DNA of 64,000 nt from Amoebidium appalachense (taxonomy: Eukaryota > Protista > Ichthyosporea), in contig CAVNZM010000013.1 of NCBI GenBank assembly GCA_963693365.1, positions 5,446,640-5,510,639 on the forward strand. Reading direction: 5' to 3'. Shown one piece after another: positions 53,486-64,000 of this stretch. How positions within the stretch are numbered: the stretch's first letter is position 1; every line of letters begins with the position of its first letter. Below the pieces are notes generated by a model, which worked only from the letters and a program-made list of their open reading frames with translations, ran no database searches and had not been told where the DNA came from. The position numbers and the translations under genes were made by a program.

Positions 53486-56026
53486 TTTGGACGGCGAGTG
53501 GTGGCGCTCGGAAGTTGCAGCTCTTGTGTGACGATCAGCGCGCTTGTGAACTCACTAGAAAACTGTTTGATTTCAGGAAACGTGCCGCTTTTTTATGGCC
53601 ACCGCTTGCACCATGACCATGATCAGATCTTTCACCGCCGAGCACTGGCCTGCACGGAGCTCACAGGCTCACACTGTCACACACGCCCACGTCAGGGCTT
53701 TTTCCCCCGTGAAACGATGCCGAGTATGTTCGGTTGATTCATTTGAAGTGGCCATCAGCTGTGGCCATCGATATCATGTTCAACTGCAGTGAGATGTTGA
53801 TATGCTGCACACGCACATGTGCATGTATGAGAATGACGCTGGGTTTTCTCGCTTCCGCGTTATCTTGAAAGCCAACCCAGGTAATTATCATGGTTTGTGG
53901 GCTGGTGCGATTTCCCAGTTTCGAATGATATCCGAACGCGTGGACCGTTGCGCTGAACTTCAAGTTCAACACAGTTTGTTTGTTCCGCGCCCTGAGCTCA
54001 GCCCGCGGAAACCTAGCCAGCTATTGGCTATTTGAAATGTGCTGAATCAGTAATTGATTGGCCAGCTCACCTCTACACCATTTTGATTGGTGCGGTTTGT
54101 TGTTGACCGAATTAGGCAGATGTCGCTCATTCCAATTGGAGCGCTGTCGTCACTGACTCACTGCTGAGTACTGGCACTGAGTCACTGACTGCTGAGTGTG
54201 CGAGCAGGGTGTGAAATTCATTTTTGGCTTGTGCCTATTTAGCAAGTTGGATGGCCCTAATAGAGCCAACACCGTTTTAGGAGGCAATTCTTTTAAATAT
54301 TTTAGCCTATGGTTGAAAAGTTGGTGAAAAAAGTTAGGGACACGTTTCGGAGTTTCTGAGGGACAATTCTGTGGCAATAAAACACCCCCTAATTTCACAG
54401 CCTGTGTGTGAGGCTCATAGTCATGCGTATGACTGCCTCACGATCATCGATGCAGGATTCATCTCCATCCTTCTTTCGGACGCACATGCAAGCCGAGGAG
54501 CCGGCCGCGGATATCGATGTTTTGGGATGACGGCTGCGCGGCACGGCGCACGCTGAGATATATTGCAATATGTAAGTGTAAATATCTTATTCCCTATATA
54601 TAGCTAGCCCCCCGAGCGAGCACGGCGCGCGAGCAGCATTCATCATGTGCCCATGGCCAGCTACAGGGGCCACTGGCCAGCTCAATTGATCGACGTTCTA
54701 GAAATATCATAGCCAAATGCATGCCCCGCACCCAGCCCGAATCCAAGGCCCGCTCAACTCATGATAGGCTCTGAATATATGGACTTCTTCCCTCTTCTTC
54801 CCGAAGTCACGCATCCGAAGTGTAAAAAATCAAAGTCACATATGCATCGCGTGTTTGCACCTGCCACTTCGACTGCAGCTGTGGCCTCAGCCGCCGTATA
54901 TATGCATCCGTATAATAGATATATACATATCTATTTTTCAAGGGTATGCCATGGCGCCTGATCAGTCGCTTCGGAAGGAGAGTTTTGTCGATCAGCCATG
55001 AAAAATAAGAGCTATAGGTAGCTAGGCTCCAATTCAGTAGCAGGGTTTGCACATGCATGCCGCGGGCCTCCGACCCGGGCCCTACTAGTAGAGCTCGAGC
55101 AATTTATGATAATATTAGTACAGTACTATAGCTAGTGACTGTACTGAGATGTGGCGAGTTAGTCTTGTGTGGAAGCTCCTTTTATTATATTTCCGATATT
55201 TGTCATGAATATGTACAGCCGAATCAGTATTATGGCGGCGCGATAACATATGATCTCCGTGGGGGCCTGGGGGGGGGGGGGGGGGGGGGGGGGAGGGGGA
55301 GGGGGGCGGGGGGAGGGGGGGGTGGCCTAGATGATTGATCGATATCATGAGGCAATGTGATGATCGAATTACTAGGAATCTTTAATTCCGAGTCACTGTG
55401 GGCCGGGGGTTCCCCCCGGGGGGGGGGGGGGGGGGGGGGGCTGAGGAGGGGCGAAGGAGGGTAGTATCATTATAAAGCGGGAGAGGCCCGGGGGGAGGGG
55501 GGGGGGGGGGGGGGGGGGGCCACTGGCAGGGGGGATGCACATACATGCATGCATGACGTATTACATTGTATCATCAGGAGGGGGGAGGCCTAGCTGGGGT
55601 GGGGGAGAGGGGGGGGGGGGGGGGGGGGTAGGGGGGGGGGGGGGAGGAGGAGGGGGAGGAGGGAACGACTGGGCCATCCGGCGGTTAACGTTAGCGGTTC
55701 AGCTCCCAATTCGAAAGAGCTCCCCCCGGGCTGAGAATAGCTGAGTCCAAAATCGCACACAATGAGTGTGCGGTTGCTTTGTTTTGTTTTTGGTTGGACG
55801 TTCTCTTTGATGATTTTCTCTTTTCCTTCTTTTTTTTCGTTTCAACGATGTCTTTTAGTTGTAGGTTTGATGTAGTAGAACCTTTCTTCGTTTGACTCAA
55901 CCGTTTAGCCACTTTGAATTGGGTTAGTTTTTGGTTTTGTTAAGCCGCACGGACCACACACACACGCACACACACACACACACACAAGCGCACGCGCGCA
56001 TGCACGTACGCACGCGCGCGCGCGCG

Positions 56027-56116
<90 letters not shown>

Positions 56117-57226
56117 CCGTTACCGATGACACACACTAGCGCACACGTGCGCGCGTGCGGCAGCGACACCCACAAACGCACGCCACATCCGACGCGCACC
56201 GTGCCATGGACACCTCCTCCCACCCACTTCACCTACCCACCCGTACACACACTTTCACACATTTTCACACCACACCTTCTCCACATGTTGGTTACCCAAT
56301 TAAAAAAAAAGGCCCCCACGAGTCGGCCTTCCATTCAGGGGGGGGGGGGAGGGGAGTGGGGTGGTGGGGTGAGGGTGGGTGGGGGAGAAGGAGAGAGAGC
56401 ACAGAGGGGCCGGGAGCCCCGGGGGGGGGGGGGGGGGGGGGGAGCAGGGATGTGGAATAATTGAAAATGTTGATCCCGATCGCTAGGCTCCTAAAGACCC
56501 AGGTGATCACGTACTGTAACATTTGTTTTGCTTATTTTGTTTTGGATTTTTTGTCTAAGCAGCTGGTGTTGGCTACATATTTTTGTTTTAGGCTTTTGCC
56601 AATCATTGATCATGAAGTTCATGTTGCTCTTTTCGAACAACTGTCTGGCAGTGCCTCCGAGTGTCGCTTCTGTGTTTTTTTGCAGCAAAACACACACGTA
56701 CTGCAGATAAGCACACATTATGTAATCACGCCCCGAAAATTTGCATACACTGCTCCAGTTCAACGCTTCACTGGCACTGAGTCAGAAGCCCCCCCCGCCC
56801 TCTCGGAGACTCAGTCCCCCGGTCAGAAGTTCCCCCCTTCCCTCGAGATCCCCCCTCTCCCCTCTCCCCCTCCCCTTCCCCTCCTCCCCCTCTCACCCCT
56901 CCGGATCCGTTATCTTGTTTGCCACCAGTTTCGGTAACCCCGTCCTTGAATGGTATTTTCTCCCCAGAAATTCTAGACTGCACTAAGCACATCTTACAGC
57001 ATACGGTATATAATCTTACTAATTACCCTGAAATGATCCCTGCACAGTGTGTCAGACTAACCCGGGAGAAAAAAGGTCCATAAGATCACGCACACATGTG
57101 TACATGCGCCAAACGCACACGTTGCCATACGTGACTTGAACTGCCAAGGACATTTCAAGTGTCTACACTGAGTCACAGAGCTGGCAAAACGAGACGTGAC
57201 CGAAACAAACATAGCAAACCTGCGTA

Positions 57227-57320
57227 CAGGGGTAGGCCGAATTTAAGATTACGTGGATTTTCGCCCTGGTGGGCTAGAATCTTAATTCTGCAACCCCTAG
57301 CCCAGCACAATCTTACATTG

Positions 57321-57369
<49 letters not shown>

Positions 57370-58422
57370 GCTTCCCCCTGGGTGCCCGCCCGCCCGCCCA
57401 TATTATGTTTAATATGTGCTGCATTTTCGCCTATGCAGCATTCTTGGTGTGCAGAGCCTGTCACGTAAGTGTGAATATTATGTGTACTCGTGTCGCCGTT
57501 TGTGTGCGGGTGGCACATGTTTGTGTGCATTTGTATGTGTGAGTCATGTGTGCATGTCTCTGTGTGTCGCGAGTGTGTGCGTTTGTGTGGTTTGTCTATG
57601 TTTGATGGTGTATATTTGTGTATGTTGCGTGTGTGTGCCAATGTGTGGGTGTGAGTGCACACGTGTAATTGTGTGCTGTGTGTCACACAGTTTTGCGGGG
57701 GCTTGTGTGTGTGGGGGGGGGGGGGGGGAAGGAGGAGGGAGAGGGGGAGGGGGGGGGGGGGGGGGGGGGGGTCAGGGGCTGATCGGCTGCATGATGCATG
57801 TGTGCGTCATTAGTACGCACAAAAAATCGTCACAGGCCGAAGTAAAACGAGGCAAAAAAAAAAAACCCAGCCTGTCTGAAGTGATCAAAAACCTTGACAA
57901 AACAGCAGCAACAAACAAAATAAACCAAAAATCAAAAACTATATTATTATCTTTTCCAAACAACCTGTCTGAGACTCAGGTGATCGAGAACCAGGGCAAA
58001 ACAACGGTTATAAAAACAAAATGAAAAGCTATACCAACTTTTCCAAACAACGAAAACAAGGCACGTGTACGTACAGTCGCTGTGTGCGACTTTTATTGCT
58101 ACAAGACTGTCACAGATATTTGGGGATTCCACATACTGCATGCAAGCATAATCGCAATGCAGGATTGGCCGGCCCACACTTTGGCCCGTGCATACCCGGC
58201 AAAGCAGCAATTAATATCCTGCAGGCAGTGCTCGAACATAATTTCAAACGCATTATCCCCCCCCCTTCCCCCCGCCGGAGTCCCCGCCTGTCCCCCCCAC
58301 CCCCACCCCCACCCCCTCCCCCCCGGATGCCCTTGCTCTCCTCCTCCCCCCCTCTTCCCCAGCCAACACACACCACACACACACACACACTCTCTCTCTC
58401 TCTCGCTATCTCTCTCTCTCTG

Positions 58423-58503
<81 letters not shown>

Positions 58504-58728
58504 ACTCTCTCTCTCTAAGACTTGCTCTCCCTGTAACACGCACCTCCCCCACCGTACCGCAGAAAAAGGTCCCAGGACTTCATGGGAGAAGTTTTAGGGC
58601 TGGCCCAGGGGGAGGCGGGGAGGAGGGGAGGCATGTAAGGTTGTCAGCACATATGAAATGTGCCGCTCAATGGTCCAGTGTGTGGGAGTATTATTGTGTG
58701 TGGGAACATTAGTGTGCGTGTGGTGTAT

Positions 58729-58759
<31 letters not shown>

Positions 58760-58842
58760 GGGGAGGGGGGAGGGGGGCTGTTTATGTCTTGTGTATATGT
58801 GTGTGCGTGCGCGCACGTGCATGGGTCACAGTGCGTTGTCTA

Positions 58843-58914
<72 letters not shown>

Positions 58915-58916
58915 CG

Positions 58917-58951
<35 letters not shown>

Positions 58952-58983
58952 CGTGTGTGTGCACAGTGTGTGTGCGTGTGTGC

Positions 58984-59069
<86 letters not shown>

Positions 59070-59126
59070 CGTGTTTGACACTGTGTGACGTGCTTTTGTG
59101 TGTGTGGTGATGGTGGTGGCACGATG

Positions 59127-59165
<39 letters not shown>

Positions 59166-59293
59166 GTTGAAGGGGGGTTTGAAAAAATATTATTCCTAGA
59201 CTGGCAGGTCTAGACCACTAGAATCTTCAATTTTCAAAAATTTCTAGCGCTATAATCTTAAATTCGGAAAATCTTAAATTTAGCCTACCCCTG
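57227..59293. mobile_element. Non-autonomous DNA transposon with ~24-bp TIRs and TA flanks (Tc1/mariner-like architecture)
   Basis: Left end TA|CAGGGGTAGGCCGAATTTAAGATT (57225-57250). The reverse complement of the right end is TA|CAGGGGTAGGCTAAATTTAAGATTTTCCGAATTTAAGATTA (22/24 identity, plus a repeated CCGAATTTAAGATTA). CTAGAATCTT occurs near both ends. No transposase ORF inside. Confidence 0.75.
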
Positions 59294-60204
59294 TAGCTCA
59301 CATACAATACGTAAAGCGTTATCGATCCGGTTTGGCCGCTTTCTAGACCATTCACCCTAGATGGTTTGGGGGATTTGCCCCCACCCCCCCTCCATTGTGA
59401 GCTCCACAAAAAAACATCTACATTAGCCAAGCCATGTAAAACTTCTTTTTTTAATTAACAATATATGTATTTAAACTATTTTCGCGCCTATACATTGCGT
59501 TGCTGCATTTCTATACGCCCCGGGCCATCAAAAACTCGGTTTCCGAACCACGCGCGCGTGTGGCGAGTGTGTGTCTGCCCCACGCTGGTTTCAGATGCCA
59601 AGTATCATTTTATAGTTAACATTTTAACAATGCGGTTATTGGCTTTAAGTCACAAGGGAGTTTCGTCAGGAATTTTCCCGCCAGTTTTTTTGGCCGGGTG
59701 TGAGCCACCGTTCCGGTCCCTTTTTTTCTTTTCTTTTTTTTTGCTTTACGAAACCATGCACATGCAGCTACGTAAGTACCAGAAGGTGCCGTCTGGCTCG
59801 TCTGTAGAGCACTAAATACTATCATAGCCAACGACGTGCACCAAGACCTTCCCAAACATCATAAATTACGATTTTTTTGAGCTACCATTCACTCTTTTCA
59901 CCATCCGTTGAGCATCGATCCTTAACCCTTTTATAATGGCGTGTTGGGGACGGTCCCAATTTTCCATTATGTCCTCACAGCCACCAAAGCTTGTTCAAGA
60001 ATTTTCGTTGTCTTAAAATTGTGGCTATGGTACAGCCGTGCTCTGGCGGGGCAACAGATGATAACGCGTCAGACCCCTTAGAGCGGTTTCGTGCTTCTGC
60101 CAATGACATAACAGATGGTGCCCACTTGCGCATGTTAGAACGAGGAGGTGCCCCCCTCCTCCCCCCCCTCCTCCTCTGCGCTTGCCCTCCCCTCACCTTA
60201 CTAA

Positions 60205-60239
<35 letters not shown>

Positions 60240-60870
60240 AGGGCCCCACCACCACCACCACCACCACCACCACCACCACCAACCCCGCCGCCGCTGGCTG
60301 CCGCCCGCGCTCGGCCCCGGGGCCCCGGCTAAAAACAAATCTGCAAAAAAAAAAATCAAGAAATAAAAAAATTGCTATAAATTAAAGCCGTGTATTAATG
60401 AAATGACGTGATCACACATACTACTACGGATACACAGACGCCGTATTCCGGCAAATGCAACATGCAATGGCTAACAAGTAGGGGGCTGATATCGATACTA
60501 TGATAGATGTTTTTGATCTATTCAATCATTCATGTAAAACTTTTAAACCTCCCATGATACGGAAAAAACGGCCGTATCTGCACATCGTGGTCTCTATCCC
60601 CCCCCCCCCCCCCCCCCCCCCCCCCCACATAAACACACCGAAAGAAAGAAACAATTCTTCATAATGTATTAAATTATTTTGATCGTGGCATCAGACGGGG
60701 CTAAGAGGATATATATAGTACAGTTGCGATAGACACAATGAGATAGTCGTTGAGATAGCTTCATCGAATATCCAACGAGATATACCAAAATCAAGGATTC
60801 TACCATAAGACCGCTAAAAGCTGCACGTATGAGCTCAACTACGGGGGTCAACAATGCCAATTAATCCCCC

Positions 60871-60901
<31 letters not shown>

Positions 60902-61034
60902 AAAAAAAAGATAATCACACCCTGCACCCTCTGCCCCTCTGCGCTCCACAACTCCAACTACGCACCTCCCGGGCATCTCAACTCCCCCCCCCCCCCCCCC
61001 CCCCCAAAAAAGTAAAAACAAATGAGCGATATTA

Positions 61035-61290
61035 TCCCACACCTCCGCACCTCCGCACCACACCTCCGAACCTCCGCACCACCAAACCACCGCACCTCCG
61101 CACCACACCTCCGCACCCCCGCATCTCCGCACCACACCTCCGGACATCCGCATCACACCTCCGCACCCCCGCACCCCCGCACCCCCGCACCACCACACCT
61201 CCGCACTTCCGCACCTCCGCCCCACACCTCCGCACCTCCGTACCACCACACCGTGACCTCCGCACCTCCGCACCTCCGCGCCTCCGCAAC
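61035..61290 (+). repeat. Minisatellite of an 8-bp core (ACCTCCGC) with variants; further copies at 61525-61580
   Basis: Many direct copies of cacctccgca/caccacacctccg. Confidence 0.9.
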
Positions 61291-61311
61291 CTTCTCCCTT
61301 CCCTAACCCCC

Positions 61312-61342
<31 letters not shown>

Positions 61343-61587
61343 AAAAAAAAAAAAAAGGTGAAAAAAACAAGCTGAACATATACTATAATGCAGACTGACC
61401 GCACACAACATACACACATGCAGCCTCAACGAAACTCCCTCGTCCCCCCTCCCCCCCCTCTCCCCTGTCTTTGAATGGTAGTACCGCATACAACCCAAAA
61501 AAAAAAAAAAGCTCCCAAACCCCAAACCTCCGCGCCTCCGCACTTCCGCACCACCTAACCTCCACACCTCCGCACCTCCTGTTTGTG

Positions 61588-61671
<84 letters not shown>

Positions 61672-61672
<1 letters not shown>

Positions 61673-61741
61673 ACTGCGTGCGAACGCGGCCGCGTGTATA
61701 TGCGTGTGCGCGTGCAAGTATGTGTGAGCGTGTGTGTGTGT

Positions 61742-61808
<67 letters not shown>

Positions 61809-62100
61809 GGCTTGCGCCCGTGCGTATGTGTGTGTGCCTGTGCCAATATGTGTGAGTGTGTGAGTGTGTCACAGTGAGAGTGTGAGTGTGAGTGAGTGTG
61901 TGTGTGTGTGTGTGTGTGTGAGTGTGAGTGTAACTGCGTGCGAACGCGGCCACTCGTATGTATGCGTGTGCACGTGCCAGTATGTGTGAGCGTGTGTGTA
62001 CGTGTGTGCGTGTGTGCGGGCTTGCGCCCGTGCGTATGTGTGTGTGTGCCTGTGCCAGTATGTGCGCATGTGTGAGTGTGTCACGGTAAGTGTGTGAGTG
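61672..62100 (+). repeat. Degenerate direct duplication (offset ~260 bp) of a GT-rich unit
   Basis: actgcgtgcgaacgcggcc and gcgggcttgcgcccgtgcgtatgtg each occur twice (61673/61933 and 61806/62036). Confidence 0.8.
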
Positions 62101-62104
62101 AGTG

Positions 62105-62173
<69 letters not shown>

Positions 62174-62238
62174 ACCTGTGTGGTGTGTGTGCGCGTGTGC
62201 CTGCATACGTGTAGCATGTGTGCGTGCGTGCTTGTGTG

Positions 62239-62287
<49 letters not shown>

Positions 62288-62561
62288 AAGTTGTGGGTGA
62301 GTGAGTGGGTGGGTGGGTGAGTGAGTGAGTGAATGAGTGAGTGAGTGAGTGTGTGAGTGAGTGTGTGAGTGAGTGTGTGAGTGAGTGTGTGAGTGTGTGT
62401 GTGTGTGTGTGTGTGTTTTCGGGCTGGGGGGTGCGGGGAGAGGGGGAGGGGGGGGGGGTGTCATCTATGTTCAGGGTTGTAACCCTGTCCTCCCCTTCCG
62501 CTCCCCCCCCCCCCCCCCCCCCCCCACCCCTCCAACCACCACCACTACACCCACCCTCCCT

Positions 62562-62647
<86 letters not shown>

Positions 62648-62884
62648 CACACACACAAAACACACACACACACGTTGGCGCGCGCGCACATACACACAAC
62701 ATACCCCCCCCCCCCTACACACACACACGTACATTTGTTTGCGCAGACGTGCCCACACACACATACCGACACACCACAAAAACACATGCACACACACGAC
62801 CCGGGCAGACACACTGGGCCTGAGGGGGAGAAGGAGGGGGAGCGGGGGCTGGGTAGGGGTGCAGGGGGGAAGGGGTGCGCGTGT

Positions 62885-62931
<47 letters not shown>

Positions 62932-63027
62932 AAAGCAAGTTCAGGTGCATGAGGACTAAGGTGCACTTGTGTGTGCGTGTGCATATACATGTGCATTTAA
63001 CATCTGGTCATATCCACACAACGTTGC

Positions 63028-63076
<49 letters not shown>

Positions 63077-63080
63077 CTAC

Positions 63081-63258
63081 CTGCAATACCGGAATCAGAG
63101 GAAGAAGTTTGAACCACAAAATCAACAGTGTCGCCAACCCTACACACATCACCTGGAACATGGCGAAGTTCGTTTGAAGACAACCCAACACACCAACATG
63201 ACACAGACAATGGCACACGGTGACTACCGCCTAGATAACACCGTCCCATGCCAGTGCC
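63081..63258 (-). CDS. Probable internal exon of a gene continuing beyond the window (hypothetical)
   Basis: Acceptor ttaacctttag| and donor gcag|gtagcc flank the open frame GTGMGRCYLGGSHRVPLSVSCWCVGLSSNELRHVPGDVCRVGDTVDFVVQTSSSDSGIA. Possible downstream exons at ~60840 and ~60125 were not resolved. Confidence 0.4.
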
Positions 63259-63294
63259 CTAAAGGTTAATGATGAGAGACCATACCTTGTGTTT

Positions 63295-63353
<59 letters not shown>

Positions 63354-63833
63354 CGCGCGTGCGTGCGTTAGCGCGTGTGCGCATGCGTGTTTAAATGTGG
63401 GAGTGTGAGAGTGCAAAACACATGCTTATAGCTATGCGGCTGCTAGCCCGTGTGATCGCAGGGGTAGGGGAGGGGGAGACTCGGAGGCCGGGGGGAGGGG
63501 GGGGGGGGGGGGATGGGGAAAGAATGTTTAGATAAATGGGCTACAGTATTCAAGCTATATGGAGAGGCCCAACGTGATTGGTGTGCACGGGGCTTTGTAC
63601 TATGTGGTGTTGGGTGTGTGTTAGCCTGCGTGGGAGACTACGTCAGACCAAAGATGTGTGCATGCGTGCGTGCATGGGTGTGCATATGTTTTTGAGTCAC
63701 GAATGCCTGCGTGTGTGTGAATGCTTACAGGCACGCACGTGCGCGCATGTGTGCGTGTGGTGTCCCGGGGTAGCTGTGATGGTTGTAAGCGAAGCCCACA
63801 ACAGCCGGTGCATGTCTGTCGGTTTTTTTTTTT

Positions 63834-63864
<31 letters not shown>

Positions 63865-63909
63865 GGAGAGAGAGATAGAACGCGGGGGGGGGGGGGGGGG
63901 GGGAAGAAA

Positions 63910-63983
<74 letters not shown>

Positions 63984-64000
63984 TGTGTGTGTGTGTGCGT

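Noticed and set aside
61035-61290. CRISPR-like or telomere-like repeat array
   Set aside because: The 8-bp core has no unique spacers, there are no cas genes, the context is eukaryotic, and the unit is not a known telomere repeat. It is an ordinary minisatellite.

Overview
Intron-rich eukaryotic nuclear DNA, not prokaryotic. Introns and intergenic DNA are packed with poly-G/poly-C tracts and (CA)n/(GT)n/(GA)n microsatellites, which produce almost all the ORFs in the supplied track. The gene content (fungal-type GT15 mannosyltransferase, paxillin-type LIM protein, CTAAC/TTAAC branch points) suggests an opisthokont protist or early-diverging fungus; an ichthyosporean is plausible, but this is inference only. 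Genes reconstructed by hand with GT-AG introns in consistent phase: (1) a 5-exon, 3xLIM protein on - (686-5083); (2) part of an unknown gene on + (7172-10398) with a tandemly duplicated exon; (3) a 12-exon, ~695-aa type II membrane protein on + (15135-23725) fusing a GT15 (Kre2/Mnt1/Ktr) alpha-1,2-mannosyltransferase to a Methyltransf_22/METTL24-like methyltransferase, the most interesting item here; (4) a ~1540-aa disordered protein on - (24557-36840) with a 3-copy helical motif and one +1 frameshift in a homopolymer; (5) an intronless, secreted, bacterial-type DUF1254/DUF1214 gene on - (51932-53485). Mobile DNA: a 5'-truncated LINE ending in a (CA)n tail (~40040-41380), a possible decayed intron-containing KDZ-type transposase (~45620-50000, -), and a 2.07-kb non-autonomous TIR element flanked by TA (57227-59293). 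Family assignments rest on recalled motifs; no database searches were run.
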